Shown in pieces: positions 17,696-27,697 of a stretch of 64,000 nt of DNA. The DNA comes from Anaeromyxobacteraceae bacterium (GTDB taxonomy: Bacteria; Myxococcota; Myxococcia; Myxococcales; Anaeromyxobacteraceae): positions 3,424,001 through 3,488,000 of the forward strand of contig JASGHJ010000002.1 of the NCBI GenBank assembly GCA_047602405.1, written 5' to 3'. The stretch's first letter is position 1. Each line of letters opens with the position of its first letter. A program made the position numbers and the translations under genes. The notes under the pieces are model-generated. The model was not told the DNA's origin and did not search any database. It saw only the letters and a program-made list of their open reading frames with translations.

Positions 17696-19576
17696 ATGCG
17701 CTCCCGCCGGCTCCCCCTCGCGCTCGCGGCCCTCGGCCTCCTCCTCCTCGCCCTCTGGTGGTTCCTCCGCCCCTCGCCCTCCCCGTCCGCCGCGGTCGGC
17801 CCCGGCCCTGCGGCGCAGACATCTGCCGCCGGTGGCCCGGCCACCTCGCCCGCGGGCACCGCGCCCGCCGCCGGGCTCCCCATCCGCGTCGCCTCGCCCT
17901 CCGGCCCCGTCGACGCCGAGCCGGCGAGCTTCGAGGGCCGCGTGGTCTCCCGCGCGGGCGGCCCGGTCCCGGGCGCCGAGCTCACCTTCTCGCGCGCGGG
18001 CGCGGCGGCCTCGGTGCGCGCCGGGCCGGACGGCGCCTTCTCCTTCCTGCCTCCCGCGGAGGGCCGCTGGCTCCTCCAGGCGGTGACCGCCACGGGCTTC
18101 CTGCCCTTCGCGCCGGAGTGGGGCCACAGCCCCGTCGAGCTCGACGCGCGGCCCGGCCTCCACGTGCGCGGCCTCGAGATCCACCTCGCGCCCGCCGTGA
18201 CCCTCGCCGGGAAGGTCGTGGACGGCGACGGCACGCCGGTCGCGGGCGCGGCGGTGCGGCTCCTCGGCGCGCAGTCGGAGGCGGCGCTCGTGCCCATCGC
18301 CGATCGCTTCACCTCCGACGCGAGCGGCGCCTTCTCGTTCGTGGCGCCGGAGGGCGCGCTCCTCGAGGCGCGCAAGGACGGCTACCGACCCGGCCGCGCC
18401 GAGGTGGACTGGAGCGCGATGGTGAACCGCGCGCTCACCATCGAGGTCACGCCGATGAACCGGAGGCTGCCGCCGGCCGCGGCCATCTCCGGCAAGGTGG
18501 TCGCCCGCGGCGGCGGTCCGGTGGCGGGCGCGCTCGTCACGGCCTCGCACATGCGGTTCGGCGGCGAGGGCGCGGCGGCGGCACAGGCGGTCTCCGGCGC
18601 GGACGGGACCTTCACGCTGCCCGAGGTCGAGATGGGCCGCTACCGGGTCACCGCGCGGGCCGAGGGCCGCGCGCCGGGCTCGGTCACCCGCGTCGCGCCG
18701 GGCACGACCGACGTCGTCGTCGAGCTCGGCCCCGGGAGCCGCCTGCGCGGCTGCGTGAAGGAGGCCTCGAGCGGCCGGCCCGTGGCGCCGTTCACCGTGA
18801 TGGTCTTCGACCGGCGGGGCGCCCTCTCCCGCGACCTCGTCCGCAGCCGCTCGGTCGTCGATCCGGGCGGCTGCTACGCGCTCGGCGACCTCGCGCCGGG
18901 CCCGCTCGCGGTCGTGGTCGCCGCGCCCGGCTACGGCCCTTCCACCGAGGTGGCCGTCGACCTCCCGGAGGCGGGCGACGCCATCGCCGACGCGACGCTC
19001 ACGCCCGGCGGCCGGGCCTCGGGCCGCGTCGTCGCCGACGAGGACGGCGCGGCCATCGCGGGCGCGCGCATCACCGTGGAGGGCACGCTCGAGGGCGCGT
19101 CCTCGACGTTCCCGGCGCTCGCCGAGGCGACGAGCGGCGCCGACGGCGGCTTCGAGCTCGGTGGCCTGCCCGGCCGGGCGTCGCTGTTCGTCGCCGCCGC
19201 GGGCCGCCACGCCCGGATCCTCTCCGGCATCACCGCGGCCCCCGGCACCACCGCCGGGCCCTTCGAGGTGCGCCTCAGGAAGGTCGAGCCCGGCGAGGAG
19301 CCGCGCGTCGACCTCGCGGGCATCGGCGTGGTGCTCTCGCCCACCGACGACGGCCTCACCGTCGGCGGCCTCGCGCCGGGCGGGAGCGGCGCGGAGGCCG
19401 GGCTCCTGCGCGGTGACGTCCTCCTCGCGGTCGACGGGCGCGCGGTCGTGGACCTCGGGTTCGCCGAGGCCGTGAACGCGATCCGCGGGCCGGAGGGGAC
19501 GTCCGTGCTCCTGACCCTCAGACGCGGACAGACCACCCTCGACCTCAGGGTGGTCCGCCGCCTCGTCCGAGGTTAG
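17696..19576 (+). CDS. Membrane-anchored protein with carboxypeptidase-regulatory-like repeats and C-terminal PDZ
   Basis: N-terminal TM; repeated G.VV...G.PVAGA...DG.F modules; GIGVVL...IRGPEGTSVLL PDZ. Confidence 0.8.
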   Translation: MRSRRLPLALAALGLLLLALWWFLRPSPSPSAAVGPGPAAQTSAAGGPATSPAGTAPAAGLPIRVASPSGPVDAEPASFEGRVVSRAGGPVPGAELTFSRAGAAASVRAGPDGAFSFLPPAEGRWLLQAVTATGFLPFAPEWGHSPVELDARPGLHVRGLEIHLAPAVTLAGKVVDGDGTPVAGAAVRLLGAQSEAALVPIADRFTSDASGAFSFVAPEGALLEARKDGYRPGRAEVDWSAMVNRALTIEVTPMNRRLPPAAAISGKVVARGGGPVAGALVTASHMRFGGEGAAAAQAVSGADGTFTLPEVEMGRYRVTARAEGRAPGSVTRVAPGTTDVVVELGPGSRLRGCVKEASSGRPVAPFTVMVFDRRGALSRDLVRSRSVVDPGGCYALGDLAPGPLAVVVAAPGYGPSTEVAVDLPEAGDAIADATLTPGGRASGRVVADEDGAAIAGARITVEGTLEGASSTFPALAEATSGADGGFELGGLPGRASLFVAAAGRHARILSGITAAPGTTAGPFEVRLRKVEPGEEPRVDLAGIGVVLSPTDDGLTVGGLAPGGSGAEAGLLRGDVLLAVDGRAVVDLGFAEAVNAIRGPEGTSVLLTLRRGQTTLDLRVVRRLVRG

Positions 19577-19582
19577 CGAGGG

Positions 19583-20290
19583 CTACTTCTTCGAGCCGTC
19601 GTCGCCCATCGAGCCCGAGCCGGTGCCGCTCGTCCCCGTGCCGCTGCGCGAGGTGCCGGTCGCGGTGCGGTGGCCGTCCTTGGTCTGCTTCTCGAGCGTC
19701 TTCGCCATCGTGTGGTGGCCCATCACCGTCTTGTGGGTCTCGTCGAAGAACGCGGCGAGCTCGGCGTGGTTCTTGTCGTGCGCCTTCTTGGCGGCCTTCT
19801 GGAGCTCCTTCATGTCCTTGTCGTGGTCCTTCTCCATCAGGCTCATGTAGGCCTTGTCGAAGTCGGCGCCGGTCTTCGACTGGAGCTTCTTCGCGTCGTC
19901 CTGCTTGTCCTTCTGCGCGTCCTGGAACTCCTTGCCCTCGAGCGTCACGCCCATGGTCTGGGCGAGCTGCTGGAGCTGCTCGTCGTTCTTGCCGTGCTCC
20001 TTCACCATCCGCTCTGCGAAGTCCTTCACCTGCTGGGAAGAGGCCTGGGTCGCCGCGAGCTGCCCGGTCTGGACCTCGGCCTGGTTCGCCGCGTGCAGCT
20101 TCTCCATGGCCTTCGTGAGGTCGTCGTCGAGCTTGCCCGACCTCGCGCTGCTCCCGTCGCTCCGCGCGCGCGTGGACGCGCCCTGCGAACCCTGCGCCTC
20201 GCCGGTGGTCCCCGACTGCGCGAACGCAGGACCCGCGACCGCCAGCGCGCCGGCCAGCCCGGCGCTCATCCAGTAACGTCCGATCTTCAT
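19583..20290 (-). CDS. Secreted DUF4142 domain protein
   Basis: Signal peptide; NQAEV, VKDFAERMVKEH, GADFDKAYM...DH. Confidence 0.8.
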   Translation of the reverse strand: MKIGRYWMSAGLAGALAVAGPAFAQSGTTGEAQGSQGASTRARSDGSSARSGKLDDDLTKAMEKLHAANQAEVQTGQLAATQASSQQVKDFAERMVKEHGKNDEQLQQLAQTMGVTLEGKEFQDAQKDKQDDAKKLQSKTGADFDKAYMSLMEKDHDKDMKELQKAAKKAHDKNHAELAAFFDETHKTVMGHHTMAKTLEKQTKDGHRTATGTSRSGTGTSGTGSGSMGDDGSKK

Positions 20291-20370
20291 GTGCTCCCTC
20301 CGTTCACGGTTCACCGCACGGACCGAAAGGTGGGGAGGGAGGTGGCGACCGGCACGGGCCGCGCGGGCGG

Positions 20371-21317
20371 TCAGGAGAGGCGGGCGCCGTCGAGCGCCTG
20401 GTCGATCCGACGGAGCACGTCGTCGGAGAGCACGACGCCGGAGGCGGCGCAGTTCTCGTCCACCTGCTCGGGCCGGGAGGCGCCGATGATGGCGCAGGTG
20501 ACCTCGGGCCTCCTGAGCACCCAGGCGAGCGAGAGCTGCGCGAGCGTGAGGCCGAGCTCCTGCGCGATCGGCACGACGCGCTGCACCGCCTCGAGCAGGC
20601 GCGGCTCCACGAGCCGGCGGGTGATGAACGCGTTCATGGCGTCGCTCGCCGCGCGCGAGTCGGCCGGCGGCGGGCGCCCGGGCGCGTACTTGCCGGTGAG
20701 GATGCCCTGGGCGAGCGGCGACCACACGACCTGGCCGATGCCCTCCCGCTGGCAGAGCGGGAACACCTCCGCCTCGGGCACGCGGTGGAGGAGCGAATAC
20801 TGCGGCTGGGAGGAGACGAACTTCACGAATGGCAAGGCGTGCGCCGCCCGGATCTGCGGCGCCGTCCACTCCGAGAAGCCGACGAACCGGGTCTTGCCCG
20901 CCTTCACGGCGCGGTCGAGCGCCTCCATCGTCTCCTCGAGCGGCGTCTCGGCGTCGTAGCGGTGGCACTGGTAGAGGTCGACGTGGTCGACCCGGAGGCG
21001 CTTCAGCGAGGCGTCGAGCTGCTTCTCGACCTGCGCCCGGGAGAGCCCCTTGTCCGTGGGCGACATGGGGAAGAAAGCTTCGTCGCGAGCACGTAGCGGG
21101 CGCGGGGCACGTCCCGGAGCGCCTCGCCCAGGAAGGTCTCTGCGGCGCCGTGGGCGTAGACGTTGGCGGTGTCGATGAAGTTGACGCCGAGGTCGAGCGC
21201 CCGGCGCAGGCAGGCCTCCGCCCTCGCCCGCTCGACGCCACCCCCGTAGGTGAGCCACGAGCCGAGGGAGATCTCGGAGATGACGAGCCCGGAGTTGCCC
21301 AACTTTCGAGTGCGCAT
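20371..21317 (-). CDS. Aldo/keto reductase (apparent frameshift at ~21076)
   Basis: MRTRKLGNSGLVISEISLG, IDTANVY, ATK in one frame; SLKRL..DHVDLYQCH, WSPLAQG, IIGAS in another. Confidence 0.85.
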
Positions 21318-21341
21318 GGTTTCATGGTAGCCCTTGTGGGC

Positions 21342-21704
21342 ATGACTCTCGACGAAACCCGCCTCGGGGCGTCCCCCCAGGACGTCGGACGTCAGCCCGC
21401 CCCGAGCGCCACGCTGGTCGTCGTGCACTCCGCCGACCGCGAGGAGCAGGGCAAGCGCTACCCGCTGCGCGAGGAGGACCTCACGCTCGGCCGCGAGGCG
21501 GGGAACACCGTCGTCATCGGTTCCGACCAGGCGTCGCGGCGCCACGCCCGCATCTTCGTCTCGGGCGGCGCCCACGTGCTCGTGGACCTCGACTCCACGA
21601 ACGGCACCTTCCTGAACTCGAAGCTCGTGAAGGAGCAGACGCTCCGCCACGGCGACGTGCTCAGGATCGCGTCGACGGTGCTGAAGTACGTGGTGGACAG
21701 CTAG
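21342..21704 (+). CDS. Stand-alone FHA domain protein
   Basis: TLGR, ASRRHA, DLDSTNGTF, LRHGDVL. Confidence 0.9.
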   Translation: MTLDETRLGASPQDVGRQPAPSATLVVVHSADREEQGKRYPLREEDLTLGREAGNTVVIGSDQASRRHARIFVSGGAHVLVDLDSTNGTFLNSKLVKEQTLRHGDVLRIASTVLKYVVDS

Positions 21705-21726
21705 GCCGCGCGCCCGGCGCGGGTGC

Positions 21727-22470
21727 TCACCTCGGATCGGTCGAGCTCCAGTCGTGTTCGCACAGCCCCGGTGCGTCAGGCCCGAGCTTCTCGACGAGCA
21801 CGCCTGCCGTCCCCGCGGGGAAGTAGAAGTCGTGCTCGAGCGCTCGGATGCCCAGGATCCCGGCGTAGCGCACGAGCAGTGCCGCGTCGAAGCGATCCGT
21901 CGGCCGCCGCGCGCGGTAACGCTCGGCGTCCTCAAACGGGAGCGGCGATCCGATCTCATCGAAGCCCCACCGGCCCCCATCGTTCACGAGAGACACCGTG
22001 CGGCGTGGCCCCGGGCCGAAGCGCTCGAGGACGTAGGCGCCGAACTTCGTGCGGGGGCCCTGGTGCGCGCAGACGAACCTGACCACAGGGACTCCGAGCA
22101 GCTCTCCGAGCCGGGTGGGCACGGCGTAGGCGTCCGGCGCCGGCCACCTGTTCTCGAAGTACACCGTCCACTCGCAGGTGGTCGGCGCGAACAGGAACCG
22201 GCGCGGCTCCACGCTCGTCAGCGGAGCCAGGGCCTGGAGCGCACTGCGCAGCGAGCCCTCAATCGGAGCCGTCCGTAGCCGGACGGGCTGCGTCCTGCCC
22301 GCCTGGATGGGCGCCTGCCAGGCCACGAATGCGTCGGCCACGGCGCGATGCGGGGCCGCGATGAACCCGATGCCTTCGGTGGTCGGCCGGAACGCTCCCT
22401 CGAGCAGGTCCGGCTGACCGTCACCTGCACCCTCTCGGGTGAAATCACAACGTCCGGACTGTCCGGACAT
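21727..22470 (-). CDS. Hypothetical protein (start uncertain; possibly GTG 22424 with a lost C near 22408)
   Basis: Globular-looking ORF (VNDGGRWGF...PLPFE...DRF). A purine-rich RBS precedes GTG 22424, which lies in a different frame. Confidence 0.6.
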   Translation of the reverse strand: MSGQSGRCDFTREGAGDGQPDLLEGAFRPTTEGIGFIAAPHRAVADAFVAWQAPIQAGRTQPVRLRTAPIEGSLRSALQALAPLTSVEPRRFLFAPTTCEWTVYFENRWPAPDAYAVPTRLGELLGVPVVRFVCAHQGPRTKFGAYVLERFGPGPRRTVSLVNDGGRWGFDEIGSPLPFEDAERYRARRPTDRFDAALLVRYAGILGIRALEHDFYFPAGTAGVLVEKLGPDAPGLCEHDWSSTDPR

Positions 22471-22484
22471 CGTGACTGCGGATG

Positions 22485-22955
22485 CTACCTGCGCCCGCGC
22501 TTCGCCGCCTTCTTCGCTGCGCGCGGCTTCTTCGCAGACTTGGCCGCTCGGGCCGGCTTCCTCGTGACCTTCCTCGCGGCCTTCTTCTGCGTCACGAAGC
22601 AGACCGCCTCGAGGTTGTGGCCGTCGGCGTCGATGACGAAGGCGCCGTAGTAGCCGGGGCTGTAGTCCGGGCGCGGGCCGGGCGGGCCGTTGTCGGTGGC
22701 GCCCGCGGCGAGCGCGGCCGCGTGGAAGGCGTCCACCTCCTTCGTGCTCCGCGCGCCGAACGCGATGTGCTGCGCGCCGACCGGGTGCTGCGCGTCCTCG
22801 GGGGCGAGCCAGAGGTCGGGCTTCCCCGCCACGCCCATGCCGCAGAAGGTCCCGAACTCCATCGCGACGCCGTAGCCGAGCGGCCGGAGCGCCGCCGCGA
22901 AGAACGCCTTCGCCTTCTCGTAGTCCCGCACCGCCACCGTGATGTGATGGATCAT
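22485..22955 (-). CDS. VOC/glyoxalase family protein with Lys/Ala-rich C-terminal tail
   Basis: MIHHITVAVRD, HIAF, GATDNGPPGPRPDY..GYYGAFVIDADGHNLEAV. Confidence 0.9.
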   Translation of the reverse strand: MIHHITVAVRDYEKAKAFFAAALRPLGYGVAMEFGTFCGMGVAGKPDLWLAPEDAQHPVGAQHIAFGARSTKEVDAFHAAALAAGATDNGPPGPRPDYSPGYYGAFVIDADGHNLEAVCFVTQKKAARKVTRKPARAAKSAKKPRAAKKAAKRGRR

Positions 22956-23147
22956 GGCTGCCTTCCTATCGCCACCCGGCACCGCGCCCAAGCGCGCGGA
23001 TGGGGTCGCCCGGGGCGGGGACCCGGGCATCGTGGCGCACCCGGTGACGCTGGACAGGCGGGCGCCGCGGGCGTCGACTTGAAGTGCGTGCCACGCCCGG
23101 CCCTCGGCCGGAGCGCCGCGTGGCCCTCACGCACCGGGAGCCCTTCC

Positions 23148-23984
23148 ATGACCCGCCTCCACGTCGCCGCCCTCTCGCTGCTCACCCTGCTCGTCGCGGG
23201 CCCCGCGTTCGCGGGCGAGCCCGACCGGCCCGGCTCGAAGGACCACCCCGTCCTCACGCGCATGCAGAACATGCACATCGTGAACTACCGGACGAATCCG
23301 TTCGAGCGGTTCGCCTTCAGGACCGGCGCCGCGCGCGGCGCCGAGACCGCGGTCGAAGGTCAGTTCTTCGAGATCCGCTACAAGGCCGATGCCGGCGCGA
23401 ACGTCCCGACGCCGCTCGCCATCCTGCGCAACCACCAGGACGCGGTCCGCGCGATCGGCGGCAAGGTCGTGTACGAGGACAAGCGCTACACGACGCTCGA
23501 GGTCGCGAAGGACAGCAAGGAGATCTGGGTCCTCGTCGACACCGCGTGGGGCCAGGGCTACCAGCTCACCATCGTCGAGAAGGCCGCCATGGCGCAGGAG
23601 GTGAAGGCGAGCGCCGAGGTCTTCAAGGCCGGGCTCGCCGCGACCGGGCACGTCGAGGTGCCGGGCATCTACTTCGACACGGGGAAGGCCACGCTGAAGC
23701 CGGAGTCCGCCGCCGCGGTCGCCGAGATCGCGAAGCTCCTCGCCGGGGATCCGGCCCTGCAGGTCTTCGTGGTCGGCCACACCGACAACGTCGCGGCGGT
23801 GGAGCTCAACCTGAAGCTCTCGCAGGATCGCGCCGCCGCGGTCGTGCAGGAGCTCGTCTCGAAGCACGGCGTCGCGGCCGCGCGGCTCAGGCCCTACGGC
23901 GTCGGCCCGTTCGCGCCGGTGGCGTCGAACGACGCCGAGGAGGGGCGCGCGAAGAACCGCCGGGTGGAGCTCGTGAAGAGGTAG
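23148..23984 (+). CDS. Secreted OmpA-family protein (DUF4892-like N-terminus)
   Basis: Signal peptide; GSKDHP; IYFDTGK, VGHTD, LSQDRA, KNRRVELV. Confidence 0.85.
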   Translation: MTRLHVAALSLLTLLVAGPAFAGEPDRPGSKDHPVLTRMQNMHIVNYRTNPFERFAFRTGAARGAETAVEGQFFEIRYKADAGANVPTPLAILRNHQDAVRAIGGKVVYEDKRYTTLEVAKDSKEIWVLVDTAWGQGYQLTIVEKAAMAQEVKASAEVFKAGLAATGHVEVPGIYFDTGKATLKPESAAAVAEIAKLLAGDPALQVFVVGHTDNVAAVELNLKLSQDRAAAVVQELVSKHGVAAARLRPYGVGPFAPVASNDAEEGRAKNRRVELVKR

Positions 23985-23999
23985 CGGGAGTCGCCCGGC

Positions 24000-24431
24000 T
24001 CACGAGCTCTTCGCCGGGAAGAGCTTGAAGCCCAGCGCGGCCGCGTTCTCGCGAACCCGCTCGTCGCAGGAGAGCACCTCGAAGGCTCCGAGCTCGGCAT
24101 CCAGGGTGCGGACGCTGGCGAGGTGGAGCGCGTCGAGCGTGCGGACCGGCTCCACGGGAAGCTCCTCCCTCGCCAGCCGGAGGACCTCGTCCTCGAGGCC
24201 CATCACGTCGCACGCGCGCTCGAAGCTGGCGAGCTGCCGCTCCACCTCCCGGGCTTCGGCGGCACCGAGGCGACCCTCGCGCCGGGCCCGGCGCACGGCA
24301 CGGGCGGCCTCCACCAGGGTGAGGGCCGACGTGAAGAGCCCTTCGCCGGCGAGCGCCGCGCGGAGCTCCTCGTCTCCTTCGAGCAGCGCGCGCAGGAGCG
24401 CGCTCGTCTCGACGTAGCGCCGGGCGCTCAC
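24000..24431 (-). CDS. vapC: PIN-domain VapC toxin
   Basis: YVETSALL, TLVEAAR, RTLDALHLAS, SCDER; GTG overlaps the antitoxin stop. Confidence 0.85.
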   Translation of the reverse strand: MSARRYVETSALLRALLEGDEELRAALAGEGLFTSALTLVEAARAVRRARREGRLGAAEAREVERQLASFERACDVMGLEDEVLRLAREELPVEPVRTLDALHLASVRTLDAELGAFEVLSCDERVRENAAALGFKLFPAKSS

Positions 24432-24724
24432 TCCCCACGCTCCGCGTCGAGCAGCTCCCGGGCGGTCCCGCGCTTCAGCCGGAGCTTCGGGTAGCCGTCC
24501 CAGGACAGGGAGCCCGGCGCGGCGGCTGGCGAGACGAGGCCGCAATCCACCAGCCGGCGGTAACGGAGCTCGTCCGGTGAGGTCCCACGATCGCCGGCCC
24601 CGGGCGGCCTGAGCTCGGCCACGACGCGCCCGCGGTCCGTCACGAGCACCACCTCACCCTGCGCGACCTCGCGGAGGTAGCTCGACAGGTGAGCCTTGAG
24701 GTCCCGGACGCCGGCGGTCTTCAT
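24428..24724 (-). CDS. Phd/YefM-family antitoxin
   Basis: MKTAGVRDLKAHLSSYLREVAQGEVVLVTDRGRVVAEL. Confidence 0.9.
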   Translation of the reverse strand: MKTAGVRDLKAHLSSYLREVAQGEVVLVTDRGRVVAELRPPGAGDRGTSPDELRYRRLVDCGLVSPAAAPGSLSWDGYPKLRLKRGTARELLDAERGE

Positions 24725-24731
24725 GCCGTTC

Positions 24732-24755
24732 AATGTAGTCACGTGAGACCACATT
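24732..24755. promoter_or_regulatory. Palindromic operator overlapping the -10 of the phd-vapC pair
   Basis: AATGTAGTC-N6-GACCACATT (8 of 9 arm bases pair); minus-strand TACATT lies 7 nt before the ATG. Confidence 0.6.
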
Positions 24756-24756
24756 T

Positions 24757-25275
24757 TCAAGACGCCAGGCCCCACCGCACCGGCCGCCAGGCCTCCGGAT
24801 CCTCGGTCAGCGCCTCGAGGAGCCGGAGCGACCGCCGGAGGCGCACCGACTCCGTCGGCTCGAGCGGCTCGCCCTGGCGGGCCTTCACGACGAGGGCGCT
24901 CAGCTCGGCGCCGCGCCGCTCGAGGTACGCGACGGCGGCCTCGTGCGCCGCGCCGAGCATGCAGGTGAGCGCGGCGACGGCCTGATCGGCGAGCGCGTCG
25001 GGCGCGCGCTCGCTGGTCGCAACGGCCAGGATGGCGGGCGCGGCGGCCTCGAGCTCCGCCAGCCCCGCGAGCAGGATCGCGTTCGCGACGACCCGCTCGT
25101 TCATGGGCCCGGCGAGCTGGTGCAGGAGGATGCACGCCAGGCCCTCGCCGGCGCGATCCGGACCGAGCCGATCGAAGGCGTCGAACAGCGGGCCCGTCGA
25201 GCCCGGCTGGGCGAGCAGCTCGGCGAGGTGGGCCCACTCGATGGGCAGGGCGGGCGGGACGGCAGGGCTGGGCAT
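24757..25275 (-). CDS. Hypothetical alpha-helical protein
   Basis: GGAGG RBS, Leu/Ala-rich helical sequence, fills the gap between neighbours. Confidence 0.6.
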   Translation of the reverse strand: MPSPAVPPALPIEWAHLAELLAQPGSTGPLFDAFDRLGPDRAGEGLACILLHQLAGPMNERVVANAILLAGLAELEAAAPAILAVATSERAPDALADQAVAALTCMLGAAHEAAVAYLERRGAELSALVVKARQGEPLEPTESVRLRRSLRLLEALTEDPEAWRPVRWGLAS

Positions 25276-25319
25276 GAGGTCCTCCGGTGGCGAGGACTGA
25301 ACATATGCGCAGTCTCTGA

Positions 25320-25381
25320 CGTCCTTCGACTTCGGCCCTCGGGACGCTGCGCGTCCGCGGGCGGACGCTCGGGATGAGCGG
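25320..25381 (+). repeat. REP-like stem-loop element downstream of the suf operon
   Basis: CGTCCTTCGACTTCG-[GCCCTCGG GACGC/GCGTC CGCGGGC]-ACGCTCGGGATGAGCGG; nested hairpin with CCTTCGAC...GCTCRGG ends. Only one copy in this window. Confidence 0.4.
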
Positions 25382-25389
25382 GGCGAGCG

Positions 25390-25953
25390 CTACATGAACC
25401 CGAGCTGCAGCTTCGCGGCCTCGCTCATGCGGCTCGGGTCCCAGGGCGGGTCGAACACGAGCTCGACCTCGGCGTCCTTCACGCCGGGCACGCCGAGGAC
25501 CTTGCGGCGCACGTCGTCGACGAGCACGGGGCCGATGCCGCAGCCGGGGGCGGTGAGCGTCATCGTGATGCGGATGGCGTGGCCGCCGTCGACCGGGAGC
25601 GCGTCGACCCCGTAGACGAGGCCGAGCTCGACGATGGACGCCGGGATCTCCGGGTCGTAGACGTCGCCGAGCGCGTCCCAGACCTTCTTCTCCTCGAACG
25701 GGCCGGCGGCGGCGGCGGCGCGGGCGGCCTCGAACTTCGCGGCCTCGGCCTCGAACTCGGGGCCGAGCGCGCCGGCGTCGGTGCCGTCGATGCGCATGAG
25801 GCCGCCGCGGTCGTTCATGACCGTGAACTGGCCACCGAGCACCTGCTGGACGACGACCCAGGTCCCCGCCGGCACGAGCACGCGCTCGCCGCTCGGCACG
25901 AGGACCGCCTCGGCGTCCTTGAGGGTGACGACTGGGGTGCGGTTGTGGGCCAT
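25390..25953 (-). CDS. sufT: Fe-S cluster assembly protein SufT (DUF59)
   Basis: VYDPEIPASIVELGLVY, MTLTAPGCG, VFDPPW...MSEAAKLQLG. Confidence 0.9.
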   Translation of the reverse strand: MAHNRTPVVTLKDAEAVLVPSGERVLVPAGTWVVVQQVLGGQFTVMNDRGGLMRIDGTDAGALGPEFEAEAAKFEAARAAAAAGPFEEKKVWDALGDVYDPEIPASIVELGLVYGVDALPVDGGHAIRITMTLTAPGCGIGPVLVDDVRRKVLGVPGVKDAEVELVFDPPWDPSRMSEAAKLQLGFM

Positions 25954-25982
25954 CGTTCGCTGTCCGTCCGTTCTTCCTCGAG

Positions 25983-26435
25983 CTACTCCGTCGACACCGG
26001 ACCCTGCAGGCCGTGGATCGCCTGGCGCAGCGTGTGCCACGCGAGGCTGGCGCACTTCACGCGGGTCGGGAACTCGTGCACGCCGCCGAACACGGCGAGC
26101 TTCCCGAGCGAGTCGGCGTCCGTGCCGGCGCCGCCCTCGGTCACGAGCTTGTGGAACCGCTCGAAGAGCGCGTCGACCTCGGCCGGCGCGAGCCCCTTCA
26201 CGGCGCCGGTCATCACCGAGGCCGAGGCCTTCGAGATGGCGCAGCCCGAGCCCTCGAACTTGATCTCGGCGACCTTGCCGTCGGGGCCGACGCGGGCGTG
26301 CACGGTGAGGTGATCGCCGCACAGCGGGTTCAGCCCCTCGGCGTGGTGCGTGGCGCCCTCGAGCGGCCCGAAGTTCCGCGGGCGCTTCCCGTGCTCGAGG
26401 ATCACCTCCTGGTACAGGTCGGTGAGCTCGCTCAT
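25983..26435 (-). CDS. sufU: SUF system NifU-family protein
   Basis: LYQEVILEH, NPLCGD, GCAISKAS, RVKCASLAW. Confidence 0.95.
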   Translation of the reverse strand: MSELTDLYQEVILEHGKRPRNFGPLEGATHHAEGLNPLCGDHLTVHARVGPDGKVAEIKFEGSGCAISKASASVMTGAVKGLAPAEVDALFERFHKLVTEGGAGTDADSLGKLAVFGGVHEFPTRVKCASLAWHTLRQAIHGLQGPVSTE

Positions 26436-27697
26436 GCGAAGATCTCCCGCACGGTCGCGACCCCGCGCACGAGCGCGTCCACGTCGGCCTCGGTGTTGTA
26501 GAGGCCGAAGGAGGCGCGGGCGGTCGCCGGGACGCCGAGCCGCTTCATGAGCGGCTGCGCGCAGTGGTGCCCGGCGCGCACCGCCACGCCCTCGCGGTCG
26601 AGGATCGTGCCGATGTCGTGCGGGTGCACGTCGCCGACGAGGAACGAGAGCGCCCCCGCGCGCGCCCGGGGCGCGCCGATGACCCGGACGTCCTTCTCGG
26701 CCCGGAGCGCCGCCACGCAGCGCTCGAGCAGCGCGTGCTCGTGCGCCGCCACCGCCGCGAGGCCGACCTTCTCGAGGTAGTCGGCGGCCGCCGCGAGCCC
26801 GACCGCGCCCGCGATGTGCGGCGTCCCGGCCTCGAGCTTGTGCGGGAGCGCCGCCCAGGTCGAGCCCTCGAACGCGACGGTGCGGATCATGTCACCGCCG
26901 CCCTGCCACGGCCCCATCGCCTCGAGGTGCTCGCGCTTCCCCCACAGGACGCCGATGCCGGTCGGCGCGTACATCTTGTGGCCGCTGAGCGCGTAGAAGT
27001 CGGCGCCGAGCCTCGTGACGTCGACGGCGAGGTGCGGCGCGGCCTGCGCGCCGTCGACCATCACCGGGACGCCCCTCGCGTGCGCGCGGCGGACGAGCTC
27101 CTCGACCGGGTTCACGGTGCCGAGCGCGTTCGAGACGTGCCCGACCGAGAGCATCCGGGTTCGCGGCCCGAGCAGGCGATCGAACGCCTCGAGGTCGAGG
27201 TCGCCCGCGTCGCTCATGGGCACCGGCACCACCTTCGCGCCCTTCTCGGCGGCGGCGAGCTGCCAGGGGACGATGTTCGAGTGGTGCTCGAGCACGGTGA
27301 GGAGGATCTCGTCGCCGGCCTGGAGCCTCGGCTTCAGGAACGCGTGCGCGACGAGGTTCACCGCCTCGGTCGTGCCGCGCACGAAGATGATCTCGGCGGG
27401 GTCCGGCGTGCCGAGGAACTTCCCCATCCGCCTGCGCGCGCCCTCGTAGGCCTTCGTCGCGAGCTCGGAGAGGAGGTGCACGCCGCGGTGCACGTTCGCG
27501 TTCTCCTCCTCGTAGTACCGGCGGACGGCGTCGATGACCTGACGCGGCTTCTGGGTGGTGGCCGCGTTGTCCAGGTAGACGAGCGGCTTGCCGTGCACCG
27601 CGCGGGCGAGGATCGGGAAGTCCTCTCGCAGCCGGGTGGCGTCGAGCCGCGGGGCGACCGGCGTGAGCGGCGCGGTGGTGGAGACGTCCGGGCTCAC
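26432..27697 (-). CDS. sufS: Cysteine desulfurase
   Basis: [34 protein letters not shown]. Confidence 0.95.
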   Translation of the reverse strand: MSPDVSTTAPLTPVAPRLDATRLREDFPILARAVHGKPLVYLDNAATTQKPRQVIDAVRRYYEEENANVHRGVHLLSELATKAYEGARRRMGKFLGTPDPAEIIFVRGTTEAVNLVAHAFLKPRLQAGDEILLTVLEHHSNIVPWQLAAAEKGAKVVPVPMSDAGDLDLEAFDRLLGPRTRMLSVGHVSNALGTVNPVEELVRRAHARGVPVMVDGAQAAPHLAVDVTRLGADFYALSGHKMYAPTGIGVLWGKREHLEAMGPWQGGGDMIRTVAFEGSTWAALPHKLEAGTPHIAGAVGLAAAADYLEKVGLAAVAAHEHALLERCVAALRAEKDVRVIGAPRARAGALSFLVGDVHPHDIGTILDREGVAVRAGHHCAQPLMKRLGVPATARASFGLYNTEADVDALVRGVATVREIFA

